Assembly (NCBI RefSeq): GCF_018977255.1
Contig: NW_024704742.1
Location: 116,624,001 to 116,688,000 of the forward strand
Direction of reading: 5' to 3'
Origin: Callorhinchus milii
Taxonomy: Eukaryota
DNA length: 64,000 bases
The position numbers and the translations under genes were made by a program. The stretch's first letter is position 1; every line of letters begins with the position of its first letter. The notes beneath the pieces are model-generated. The model saw only the letters and a list, made by a program, of their open reading frames with translations, had not been told where the DNA came from and did no database searches. Below are positions 1-11,500 of the stretch, one piece after another.

Positions 1-625
1 ACCTGGTGAGGGCTCAAACCCACACTTGTCGGATGTCAAATGACCAACAAGTGACTCTCCTCCTGGGGGTGGGTGGGGGGTGAGGTAAGCAGAATCTCCT
101 TGGAGCTGAACGGACTCCAAGGCAACTAGCTTGACAGAATGTCGAAATCAAGCCAGCCCTCTGATGTCCATTCCTGAGCTTGGCAGTGTCTGCAGTACCT
201 CAGAGCACTGCTGATGCCAGCACAGCCAGACTGGCTTATCCCCATTCACTGGGGGCAGGGACTCTTCCCACTCAGCTCCTGTTAACCCAGCAAGCCAAAT
301 CCCTAACAGGTAGGGTGGTCCAAGCTGAACAAGCAGTAGGAAAGCTTGCTCTCAATGGCAAGCTATGTGGGTTTAGCTGGTTAGACTCCAGCAGTACCCC
401 AACACACATTCTGGTGTCCCCAAGCCTTGGCTCTTGCCAACCTGCACCTAATACTCTCCAGAATTCGTTAAGTAGGATGTGTCCCTCCAGGGAGAGAGTG
501 TGCATTCCATTCCAAAAAAAATCTCTGGAATTTCCAAGTATAGATGGGATGCACGGAACGGTTGTTTGCTATTGATACTCAAAATGAGTTTCCACATGTG
601 GTCAGACACGCAGCTGACCAAAAAA
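1..625 (+). repeat. Unclassified interspersed repeat
   Basis: Shared blocks CTCTCAATGGCAAGC, CCCAAGCCTTGGCT, CCTCCAGGGAGAGAGTGTGCATTCCATTCC and GGTTTCCACATGTG..GCTGACC(A)n recur at ~18960-19620(+), 23880-24088(+), 61800-63080(-) and ~1310-1357(-). Confidence 0.8.
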
Positions 626-809
626 GGAAAGCTTGATGCTGTGATGGGGGTATTTTGAAAGGATGAGATCAAATGGGTCAAAGGGCCTACTTTATCCGAA
701 CCGCTCAAGTTGTGAGACTACACTGGGAGACACGCCCCCCCATTTCCTCAACTTTAGATCACTGCGAGTCTACATCAGCTATTCTGTATGAATTGGAAAA
801 GGGACCTAC

Positions 810-943
810 AGATAGTTCCATTGTTTTTGGCTCATTCTCCATTTCTTCTGTCAGTTGGGTTTGAAGTTCACTCTCAGCTACGGGCAGGGATAGAGTCTCC
901 TCACTTGCTGCTTGTTGCTGATCAGCCTGTGCAATGTCCATGT
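810..943 (-). CDS. FAM169A: Probable FAM169A exon in the acidic low-complexity region (DMDIAQADQQQAASEETLSLPVAESELQTQLTEEMENEPKTMELS)
   Basis: Strong polypyrimidine acceptor tttgctgcattctgcAG in phase 1, compatible with upstream exons; acidic E/Q-rich translation; donor TCT|GTAGGT is inferred. Confidence 0.55.
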
Positions 944-1349
944 CTGCAGAATGCAGCAAAGGCAAAAGAAACATCCGATTAATAATACTCTACAGAGGAC
1001 AGCATTCAGCCAACTTACTCAGAACCAGAAAAACACACAAAAATCTCTGCAGTGTAATATCAAAAAATATAAACCTGAACTCTTTAGGAGAAAAATCTCA
1101 AATTATTCCCATTAATGATTACCCCGCTCATCCTCAAACAAATCCCCTCCTCACCCAAAAAGAAAGTATATTCAAATGCTGGTCAGAATTTAAAATCAAA
1201 GTGTTTCCATCTTTGGATATGAGATGGAGACTGAAATGTAAGCAAATTCAGGATATCAGCAAAGCAATAACAGTCAGAGGCAAAGAATATTGTGGTTATG
1301 GTTATTTTCTGGTCAGCCAGGTATCTCACACATGTGGAAACCCATCACC

Positions 1350-1456
1350 ATGCTTAACAGTAGTGATGGAGTGTTCCCAAGCTTGTGTTAAAAGCTTGAA
1401 GATTGTGGGTGGAGGGGAAGATTGAGGAACGGAAGCTGCTCCACTGTCTTCAGGCC
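1350..1456 (-). CDS. FAM169A: Tentative FAM169A exon (GPEDSGAASVPQSSPPP...)
   Basis: Good acceptor ttcttctttccAG in phase 1 with an open frame; GAASVP resembles recalled human GPASVP. The donor is uncertain and would fall in a repeat fragment, so the lower coordinate is approximate. Confidence 0.25.
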
Positions 1457-2143
1457 CTGGAAAGAAGAATTTGGAGAATGAAATAGTACAAATGAGTTGA
1501 TTCTATGAGAATTACTGTATTAAACTCAAGCCTTAGAAATAGCGAAATAACCAACTTATCCAGGTCACTATTAGTATGGCTGCTGGGATATTGCATGGTT
1601 TCAGAGACTCTCAATAGTTAATCTGTTACAAGTGTTAGGGCTTATCTCAGGAGCTAAGAACTGGAGTTAGAGTGACCATGAAACGTTGAGCATACACAGA
1701 GAATGTTAGAGAATATGGGAAAAGTAATAAAGAATCACACACATACATTACTGGAAACAAGAAAACGAGAAGGGAAATGATCATTACGCCAAATCCCTCA
1801 ATTAAAAGCAAAGGTCCTTCATGAATTTATAATAATCCTTGCATTTGATATAGCGCTTTTCACGTCTTTTCACTTCATTGAGATGTATCAAAGTGCTTCA
1901 CAGAAAATATTGTAAAGTGTAGTGACTGTATTTTGTGGGCGAAATTTAGGCAAGAACACAAGGAGAGGTTATCCTGGATAAAGTGCGCTATATAAATGCA
2001 AGTTGTTGCTGTGGATTCAAACCCCACAGTGTTCCCCAATTGACCAAATGAGCCAGTGGGGTGCCAACAATACAGAGAGAAAGTACTGATAGAAGATTTA
2101 TAGACTAGACAAGTTCCAGCTTCCACGAGGGTATTTAATATAC

Positions 2144-2470
2144 GTGGAGTCCTGTAGCTCAGTGGTTAGAGCACTCGCTTTGCAAGTGAGAGACCTGAGT
2201 TCAATTCCAGGCAGGGCAAAACCTTGGGCAAGTTTCCTTACTCCACACGCCTAATAATAATCACTCCAAAAAAACAAAAACAATAATTAAATTGGTCATT
2301 TTCAATCTACGACTGTTTGTGGGACATTGCTGTGCGCAATTGGCTGCCGCGTTCGCCCACAAATATACAGTCAATTCACTTTACAATGTGTTCTGTGAAG
2401 CGCTTTGGGACGTCCTCCTGACGTGAAAAGCGCTATATCAAATGCAAGGATTATTATTATTATTATTATT
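2144..2470 (+). mobile_element. Young tRNA(Ala)-derived SINE, short subfamily
   Basis: Head GTGGAGTCCTGTAGCTCAGTGGTTAGAGC with A and B boxes and a TTTGCAA anticodon loop; Deu-like TGTTTGTGGGACATTGCTGTGCGCAATTGGCTGCC; L2-like tail and (TTA)n. Confidence 0.92.
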
Positions 2471-2545
2471 CATATGGAAAAATAATGCACATTACTCAAT
2501 TAAAGTTGTCACAAGGGACAAACAAGTACCGCAGTACAACAGTAT

Positions 2546-2975
2546 CAACACAACACAAAATTACATTTGTGTAGTGCCTTTCAAGTCGGGAGGATGGCCC
2601 AAGGCGCTGGACAGTCAGGGATTTGGACCGGGTGGGGTGGGGATAAGGGAGGGTAGAGGGCAGGGAGGGTAGCTGAAGGATCGGTAAAAGGAGGGTTTTG
2701 AGTTGCGGCTTGAAGGAGGTAAGGGAGGGATCGAGGCAAAGGGAATGTCGGATGGAGTCCCAAAGTGTGGGGGCAGAGAGGTTGAAAGTTCGACGGTCCA
2801 TGGTGGGGAGGACCGGATGGGGGAACGTAGAGCAGGCTGAAGCCAGCTGAGCGGAAGGAGCGGACAGGTTGATAGGTTAGCAGGTCAGAGGTAGGGAGGG
2901 GCAAGGCCGTGGAGGGCTTTGAAGGTGAGGACGAGGGTTTTGAACTCTACCCTCTGAGGGATGGGGAGGCAGTGG
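2546..2975 (-). mobile_element. L2 LINE 3' end
   Basis: Reverse complement resembles 10180-10635; CAA-rich tail. Confidence 0.88.
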
Positions 2976-3129
2976 AAGCTGTCCATGCTTTGCTTGTACT
3001 TGCTGAGCTCATGGAGAATGGATTTTGAGAGCCAATTTATACTCAAGGAAGAGGGGAAAAAGTTAATCTCTGGTGGAACAAGAGATTACAGCATTGTTGT
3101 CAAGGTCAATCAGAGGTTTCTAATGTTAC

Positions 3130-3258
3130 CTTCTTTGGCAGAAATCTGTGCTTGCAGTCTGTCAGCAATAAGAGCTCTCTGGAACATGTGTCCGATGCCC
3201 TCAACTTCCCAGAGAAGGTCCCGGTCGTCGGGATAATTCTCCAAGTACTTCCTACAAA
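3130..3258 (-). CDS. FAM169A: FAM169A coding exon 6 (VCRKYLENYPDDRDLLWEVEGIGHMFQRALIADRLQAQISAKE)
   Basis: Translated by hand; acceptor ctcttgcctcAG, donor G|GTAACA, 129 nt, phase 1 to 1; conserved LLWEVEG.GH..QR. Confidence 0.92.
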
Positions 3259-4561
3259 CTGAGGCAAGAGAAGAGAGGAGCTGAGAGACAAGGTGGACAA
3301 GACAAGACTTATAGATTTTTTAAGTTTACAATTTTATGACATTTTATGGCTATGACTGTGCACCTGAATTACCTAGCATGATACAGCAAGGAAACAGGCC
3401 ATTCAGCCCAACTAGTCTGTGCCAATGTTTATACTCCACCCTTCCTATTCTCCTCTCCCACACCCTTCTATTTTCTTCTCACTCATATATGTATCTCTTA
3501 AATATATTAATGTGTTCTGCTTCAACTACAGTTAGGGATACATATGAATCCAATTTATCTTTAATATTATTATTTCACTGACAAGTTTGTTCAATCTTAA
3601 CACCATCAACAGGAGAACTGCGTCAGCTTTGGTGTACGATGTGTGGTGGGCCCCAAGAGAGAGGGTGAATATGCAGAATAGACTTTGCAGAGAGGTAGTG
3701 AGTTGATCAATTCCCGAAGGAACTGGATGGTTAATTAGCAATCAGTTGGAGTACGCAAGATTGATTGGTTAGATCTTGTTTTTGCTTTGGCATCAGAGTC
3801 TCTTGGTCTTGTATATTCTCACTAAACAGAAGCTTTCTAATACTGGGAGTTCACTGTGTGGGCAATCACAGCACACAACCAGACTTCACCATCTGTGATG
3901 CCAACTCAGGACACTATAGAATGGTGAATCAGAGCTTAATCCCAACTAATAACTGAGCCCGTGGGAGTGTAAAATGGGAGTCAGTCCAGGCTGTTCACAT
4001 ACCGCCTGGTAGCTGACAATAGCAGGTCACCCTCCTGCCCTTTTCAAATCAAATGAGTTGGAATATAGAAAGAGAAATGTTCAATGCAATGTTGCAAACG
4101 CAAACACAAATGTTCAAAGTCCAATGGCCCACAGAAGTTAGTGTCTGCCATCGCTATCCATTTTTCCGTAGTTGCCCTTTATTAAAATCCAACTTTCTAT
4201 CTTTCTCCCCAAAATATCTCTTAATGTTCTCACTGTTCAGGTGCTGGCCCAGCTCCATTTTAAATGATTCCATTGATCCAGCCTCAATCGTAACTTGTAA
4301 TGAATTTTAAACCCTAACCATTTGCTGAAGGAAGAATTTCTTTCTAACCTTTCCCCAGTTTCTTTTGTTTACAATCCTAAGAGTTTGCCCCTTTTTCACT
4401 GATTCTCCAGTTTTCCATATTAATGTTGTTTTTCACCTTCCAAATTTTAACACATCTCTACCATACCTCTTCTACACCAATGGAATTGTGATGAAGGTCT
4501 CTTCTGAGCCGAATTCAAATATTGCACAATATTTTATAATGAAAGTTAACTCTTGTTTTAC

Positions 4562-4741
4562 CTCCATACATAGAGGGTGGAATTGGGTATTTCAAACCCA
4601 ACATATCCTCCGTGAAAGAATCAACAAAATCTTCCAGCATTTGGAGTCCGTAGCCCTTTCCTCTGTGCTTCTTCCTCACAAAGATGGTGTCTAGCACTGG
4701 CAGCTGGTAGCATTGGGTTAGGAATGTGTTGCACTGGCTTC
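4562..4741 (-). CDS. FAM169A: FAM169A coding exon 5 (GSQCNTFLTQCYQLPVLDTIFVRKKHRGKGYGLQMLEDFVDSFTEDMLGLKYPIPPSMYG)
   Basis: Acceptor cctgcttctacAG, donor G|GTAAAA, 180 nt, phase 1 to 1; conserved YQLPVLDT and MLEDFVDSFTED. Confidence 0.93.
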
Positions 4742-5925
4742 CTGTAGAAGCAGGAAGGACACTGATGTTAGAGTAGGTACAATGGCAGGAACGTAGTTTA
4801 TTCCATTTGCATGTTTCGTCAAGTGCCTTAGCACGTCCTCCCGACCTGGAAGGTGTTATTATAAATGTAAGTTTGTTGTTGCAAGTGTCCTCCAGGAGGC
4901 CAAAATTTCTCTTGCTCTTATCCTTAAGGCATTCCCTTACAAAATACACAGTCACTACATTTTCCAATATATCCTGTGAAACGCTCTCAGACAACCGCCA
5001 GATGTAAAAGGTGCTGTATCTATCACATGCAAGGAATATTTTATTATTTGTTTCATTAAAGTAAATGAACAAAATCTTAAAAGAAAAACAAATATACACT
5101 TATGAGACCAATACTTTGGAGTGCTGCCTGGTGTAATGGTTTTCGCACAAAAAAATACAGTCAATTCACTTCATAGTATATTCTGTGAAGCACTCCTTGA
5201 GATGTGATAAGGCACTATATTGAATGCAAGGATTATTATAGAATGATTATGGTTGCAGCAGAAGTATGTTAACAAAAGGTCAAAATTCTAGGGAGCCCAG
5301 GTCAGATGGCTTCATACGCAAACACAATAGCTATTTGGGACAAGGTACGAGGGGACCACCAGACCACCAATGGAACTACATGCCAACAAATAGTCAGTAC
5401 ATTAGTAAGAGAAAAGAGAGGAATAGAAGCTCTCATATGATGAGGTATATACAGCACTCTCAGTTTGTCCACTGCCACTGGAAATTGCACCCAACATGAA
5501 AAGCATTTTCTTCATGGAAATAGTGGTAACGATCCTTACATTTCACATCAGCAGAATGTCTCAGGATATGCTGTAAAGTGGAGTGACTGTGTATTAAATC
5601 CCTGTAGAGTACACAGGACCACAGGCCATAATGATTCACTCCCACAAGATGCTGTCACCCACAACTTTGTTTAAAATATACAAAAAGGTTCTATTATTAA
5701 ATAAAACATGCAAAACCAAGATGAGAACAAAGCTGAAAGCAAGTAAAATCAATAGCAACTAAACTGATAAGAGCACGTTTTAGATGTCAGCAGCACATCC
5801 AATATACATCAGTGAAATGGTGACGTATTTAGGATCAACAGATGGGTATGTAAACATAGAGCAACATTATACTGGGATGAAAACACAGTTAGCTTGAAAA
5901 TGAACCCTGGCCTTGATTACGATAC

Positions 5926-6097
5926 CTGTTGTTTTGATGGAGTAGAAGCCAATTGCTTTGCCAGACTTCCAAAGAATTTTTGCGTTCTCGGTAGCACTGT
6001 GACACAGAAAAGGGAGCTCGTCTGCGCTCATCTCCTGATCTCTGTAAATGATGCGATTCAGTACGTATAGGACGATTCTCTCCCCCAGCAAATTTAC
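5926..6097 (-). CDS. FAM169A: FAM169A coding exon 4 (VNLLGERIVLYVLNRIIYRDQEMSADELPFLCHSATENAKILWKSGKAIGFYSIKTT)
   Basis: Acceptor ctgttaccAG, donor G|GTATCG, 172 nt, phase 0 to 1; conserved GER.VLYVLNRIIYR and AKILWK.G.AIGFYS. Confidence 0.93.
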
Positions 6098-7014
6098 CTG
6101 GTAACAGTGGCACAGCAGAACATGTGTGAAAACTCACCTGCAGCAAAGCCAGCCTCACAATGCCACTTTCAAATTACACACAAAATATTGCAGCACAGAA
6201 ACAGGCTATTTGGCTCTATTTTGTCTGAGCTGGCATTGTTCCCTACACGAACCACACTTACACATTTGCTCCTCACATCCTTTAATATTCCTCTTTTTTT
6301 AAGTATCCATCCATTCCTTTGCAAAGAATTTACTAAAAAAGAAGCATGTTTTATATAGTAGAAATATGAAAACCACAGAGCAAGACCAAGAAATAGCTCG
6401 CTCACAAATAGATCATTATAATAAAATTGAAACTAGTCACTAAATATTTCCAAAATCTGACTGTAGCCAATCCACAAAAAGTAGTTATTTTCTCTAAGCG
6501 CAAAAAAACAATTAATCCTCAATATGCAGTGAATTTGAAGGAATGCGTTAAAATTCATGCAATTTTTTTTAAACCAGACTAGATTCTTAAAACATTCTTG
6601 GGAATACAGACTGAAAGACATTTTTTCATAGATCGCTCCACACCACTGACATTTATTTCTTGCATGAGAAACAAAAAACGCTGTACGCACGGGTAGCAAT
6701 GTAATAAACAAAACACATCCATCAACACTGCTAGGATATTTGACCACATTATGCATGCCGGTATTTTATACTCCACATGAGCTTCCACCACTCCTAATCC
6801 TCTCCCTCATTCTTGATCGCTCATTTAAAATGTACAGGTGTGGATTGGTTATCTTTCCGTGCTATATGAATGATATTCCAGTTTTCATTTAGGAATTGGA
6901 AATGATCATACTGTGAGCTGGATCTTAAGAGAGCACCTGGAACATTAGAATGGAGCACATCTATTGCTTTCTGATAACACAGTGCGAGTTTCAAACTCCG
7001 AGTTCTGCACTTAC

Positions 7015-7100
7015 CTGCTGGAGACCTTGACGGGATGGTTCAGCTGTTTTGACGATGTCATCGATTGCCCACCATCTATCCACTACGTACAATGCCACAG
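7015..7100 (-). CDS. FAM169A: FAM169A coding exon 3 (AVALYVVDRWWAIDDIVKTAEPSRQGLQQ)
   Basis: Acceptor cttccttcaAG, donor CAG|GTAAGT, 86 nt, phase 1 to 0; conserved WWAIDDIVKT. Confidence 0.93.
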
Positions 7101-7940
7101 CTTGAAGGAAGAGAAGAGGAAACAAGGTGAAAGCAAAGCCAGCTTCATCCTGGCCTCTGTCAGCTGTTTGGAGTTTGCTAGGCAAATGGAAACGACACGA
7201 TTCCTTCTGTATTTCTTGAGGTGAATTTGGGGTTTGTTAAATAAAATACATTCTCATATAGAACCCTTGGATGTAGCAGATCGGTTAGATTCACAGCAAA
7301 CTTTCCTTTACCCCAGCCCAACAATGTTTTTTTTAATATATGGTCTGAAAAAGAACGGCAGGAATGACACCTCAATACTGGAAAAGACACGTTGAGATGT
7401 AAAGTGTGATTACTGCAGCAAATCTAGTGTATGTGATACCAGCCCACAAGAACTCTACTCCAAGTTCCTTTAGCCAAATTCCCACATATCAACACGGGCA
7501 TGCACAGAGTCAGTGAACTTCATTTTTGAGGGCTTTTGGGCATTGGTGTTCCCTCTGCCGTTTTTTCAATGAGCACATTTTCATTCCCAATGTAACAATA
7601 TTTTCACTCCACTCTTGTTTATTTGCTGGGTCCAGCTTACAAAGTTTTGCCTTCGGTACCAGCCCACTTTAGACAAGCATCACCCCTTGCGCTAACTGGC
7701 ACCAGCTAACCTGTGTGGCCTCTCCAAGTGACACTACCAGTTTAATGCCAATTCTGGTATCCCCCAGATACTGGATCAGAACTGCCCAAACCATAAAGTT
7801 ACCTCAATGTGAAGTACAGCATGGGATAAATTATGTTGATTTATAAATGACAGGGTCAGAGCTTAAAATGCAGGACAAACAGAAGAATTAAATGCTAAAG
7901 ATTTTATTGTCAGTTTACAATAGAAAAGCTCAGCACAAAC

Positions 7941-8040
7941 CTACGGACTGATCCTCTGGGGCAAACAAGGCCAAAACCTTATGGGTCACATCATTACCAT
8001 AGAGAGGAACGAAACCAACAGAGGAGAGACTGATTGGAAT
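7941..8040 (-). CDS. FAM169A: FAM169A coding exon 2 (IPISLSSVGFVPLYGNDVTHKVLALFAPEDQSV)
   Basis: Not in the ORF track; translated by hand. Acceptor ttcttgcacAG, donor G|GTTTGT, 100 nt, phase 0 to 1. Matches the FAM169A IPISLSNVGFVPLYG..LALFAPED motif. Confidence 0.93.
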
Positions 8041-8409
8041 CTGTGCAAGAAACAAATAAAAAAAGTTACTTTTATACATAGTCACAGGCATCCATTAATC
8101 ATTTCCTTTCTTTAACACACCTTTCCGAAATTATTTTGGGATTTACTCCTTTTCTTTAACACTCTTTTCCTCTCCCCATGGCAGGTTAGTAGCACTTTCA
8201 CCTCTGAGTAGGAAGGTTGTGGGTTCAAGTTCCAGGTCAGATCTATAGTCTACACTTACCTTCCAATGCAATATTGGAGTGTGCTGCAGTGTCAGAGGTG
8301 GGAGTTGGAAAGCGACCGAAGGAATGGTCAAAGTTGAAGATCTTGATCGAATGAGATAAAAGTACTGCAGGATGGAGTTCCAGAGACTGCGGCAGATAGG
8401 CTGAAGGCC

Positions 8410-10635
8410 CTAACCGCTGCCTTGGAGTCTTCTAAACTCCTCTCCCTCTGGCTTTCATTCCTCACTGACCCCTCTTCTGCTCTCACCCTCCTCCACAACA
8501 CCCTCTCCTCCACACTCGACACTTTTTCCCCCATCACCTCCCGTACTGTCTCCTACTCTCGCTCCTCCCCCTGGTTCACCAGCCACCTCCGCTCATTGAA
8601 GAGCCAGGTGCGGGCCGCTGAACGCACCTACCTTAAATCTGGCCTAACGTTCCACCGACAAATCTGGCTGGACCTCCTCAAAACCTACCGCTCCACTCTA
8701 GCCTCGGCCAAGTCGTCCTTCTACTCCAGGATAATCCTGGAGGCGAAGAACAACCCCAGGCTTCTGTTCTCTACCACATCCCAACTCCTCCGTCCCCCCC
8801 GCCACCCCGCGCAGGTCATCTCCTCCAACCTTCACTGCGAGGAGATGCTGGATTTCCTTGAATCCGCGGTCACTCCCCCTCCAACTTCCACCCACCCCCC
8901 ACCCCTTCCCTCCCACACTCTGACTCCTACCCATCCTCCCCTACACACCTTCAACCCGTTTCCCCACCCTCTGTCACCAACGTCATCCTGTCCCTGAAAC
9001 CCACCACCTGCTCCTTTGACCCCATCCCCACTCCACTCCTTATATCCCAGCTCCACCTCCTTGCCCCACTTCTCACAGATATCATCAACCTGTCCTTCTC
9101 CTCTGGCTCTGTTCCCATTACCCTAAAAACTGCCACCATCACTCCCACTTTGAAAAAACCCTCCCTTGATGTGTCGCAGCTATCAAGCTACCGGCCCATC
9201 TCCAACCTCCCCTTCAAGGTCCTTGAAAGAGTTGTCGCCTCCCAGCTGCGCTCTTTCCTCTCCACCCATTCATTATTCGTACCCCTTCAGTCGGGTTTCC
9301 GTGCTGCCCATAGCACAGAAACCACCCTGGTCAAGGTCACTAATGACATCTTGACCATCTGCGACCAGGGCTCCCTCTGCCTCCTCAACCTATCGGCCGC
9401 ATTCGATACGGTCGACCACTATCCTCCTCCACCGCTTGTCCTCCAACCTGCAAGGCCCTGCCTTGAGTGGTTTAGGTCCTACCTCTCCCACCGTTTTCAT
9501 TTTGTTTCCACAAACGGCTTTTCCTCCAGCCCCCGCACTGTCTCGTGCGGTGTCCCTCAGGGCTCTGTCCTCGGTCCCCTCCTCTTCACCCTCTATATGC
9601 TCCCCCTTGGTGACATCATCCGCAGACATGGGGTTAACTTCCACATGTATGCGGATGACACCCAACTCTACCTTTCCTCCTCTACCCTCAACTCCACGAC
9701 CACCGATGTCCTGACAGCCTGCCTGTCCGACATCGAGTCCTGGACGAGAGACAACTTTCTTCAGCTCAACGTGCGCAAAACTGAGGCCCTCCTGATTGGC
9801 TCACGTCAGCGCCTCCGCACCTCAGGCGCTGACAGCATCAGCATCCAAGGCTGCACTCTCCACCTCTCAAAGCCAGTCAGGAACCTCGGGTTCTGTTCGA
9901 CCCTGAGCTGTCCTTTCTTCCTCATATCCGCGCCACAACTGGCACCGCCTTCCATCACCTCCGGAATATCGCCAGACTACGGCACTACCTCACCCCTCAC
10001 GCTGCTGAAACTCTGGTCCACGCCTTTATCACCTCAAGGCTGGACTATGGGAACTCTCTCCTCGCCGGCCTTCCCGGCACCTCCCTCCACAAGCTGCAGG
10101 TCATTCAGAACTCTGCAGCTCGTGTACTGTCCCGCACCAGGCTTCGGACCACATCACTCCCACCCTCGCTCGCCTCCACTGGCTCCCCATCCCCCAGAGG
10201 ATCGAATTCAAGATCCTCATCCTCACCTACAAGGCCATTCACGGCCTTGCTCCCTCCTACCTCTCCGACCTACTATCCCCCTACTTACCTGCCCGTACCC
10301 TCCGTTCCTCTGGCTCCGGTCTGCTCCACATCCCCCGCCCCAACCGCCCTACCATCGGTGGCCGGGCCTTCAGCCTCTCAGCCCCTAGGCTCTGGAACTC
10401 CATCCCCCAGTGCCTTCGCCTTGCTTCCTCCCTTTCCTCCTTCAAGGCCGGTCGCAAGACCTTTCTCTTTGACCGTGCCTTCAGTTCCCCTCTCAACTCT
10501 CTACCCCCTCCCTCCCTTCCTTCCCCTCACCCTGACCATTTGCCCCCTGCTCGGGTCCCGACCCAACTGTCCAGCGCCTTGGGACGTCCTCCCGACGTGA
10601 AAGGCGCTCTACAAATGAAATCTTGTTGTTGTTGT
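8410..10635 (+). mobile_element. 5'-truncated L2-clade LINE with frameshifted reverse transcriptase
   Basis: [34 protein letters not shown] and YADDTQLY motifs; HWLP..RI.FK C-terminus in another frame; 3' tail GGGACGTCCTCCCGACGTGAAAGGCGCT followed by (TTG)n. Confidence 0.95.
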
Positions 10636-11365
10636 AGTGGGGCAGGCAGGGTTAGGGTTTATCAGCCAAATACTCCAGCTATAAAATCTCAATCCAATCC
10701 TTTACTCACTCCCTCGGAACACAGTCAGAGAACACCTATTGACGATGCATACATACGCTGCTTTCTGTTGCTGTTGCTAATAATAATGATACTTTTATTT
10801 GATATAGCTCCTTATCACGTCGTCGAGATATCTCAAAGCGCTTCATAGGATATACTGTACAATGCCAACTTGTATTTATATAACACCCTTCACCCAGAGT
10901 AGTGTCTTGGATTGCTTAACAGTGGAGGAGTCTGACGCCAAGCCGAGGGGAGGTGACCGTAGACATAGTTGAAGAGGAAGCTCTTCAGGCGTGATCTCAA
11001 AATAGGGAAAGAGGGGGGGCAAGGTGGAGGGATTCGAGGAGAGTGTTCCAAAATTTCAGGGTCATAGTGGCTGAAAGCACAGCCGCCAATGGAGACAAAT
11101 GGATTAACTGTGTAATTTGTTGGCGAAGGTCATCAATGCCAGGGTAATGGGCAAAGTCATTAATACCAAGTTGATGTAACATCATCCTGGCATTGATAAG
11201 TCAGCAATGCCAGGGTCATGATAGATCAACTGGGTACAGTAATTTATTATTGTAACCTTGCTGCTTGTTAACATGCAGACACATTGCTTAGCTTTGGGGA
11301 TTCACATTCTCGCGAGTCCCTGTGGCAATCTCCTGTCTGAAACCCTGGACAAGTAGCGGTCCTAC

Positions 11366-11500
11366 CTTCCTTCTGGTGGGCAGCATGAAGTACTCCAGCT
11401 TGTCAGGGTCACCATACAGAAGATCAGACATGTACTCGTCTGCAGACTGCTCGATGTCTTCATGGTCCAAATCCGCAAGTAAATCCACAGGGAATGCCAT
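11366..11500 (-). CDS. FAM169A: FAM169A first coding exon (MAFPVDLLADLDHEDIEQSADEYMSDLLYGDPDKLEYFMLPTRRK)
   Basis: Translation matches the recalled vertebrate FAM169A N-terminus (MAFPVD..E.SA..YMSDL..GDP). Acceptor tttggtAG|ggATG puts the exon start at 11502; donor AAG|GTAGGA; 135 coding nt, phase 0. Confidence 0.93.

Noticed and set aside
2144..2220. tRNA-Ala(TGC) gene (also 25350-25425, 62171-62245, 62900-62977)
   Set aside because: No proper acceptor stem, and always fused to a SINE body and tail; these are SINE heads.
8310..8411. Twin-priming 5' inversion of the L2 at 8410
   Set aside because: The antisense piece matches an L2 3' end and is clearly diverged from this copy's own tail; more likely an older separate insertion.
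9150..10388. Active reverse transcriptase gene or retron-like system (also 59132-60349, 31395-32135)
   Set aside because: Truncated, frameshifted L2 and CR1 LINE remnants.
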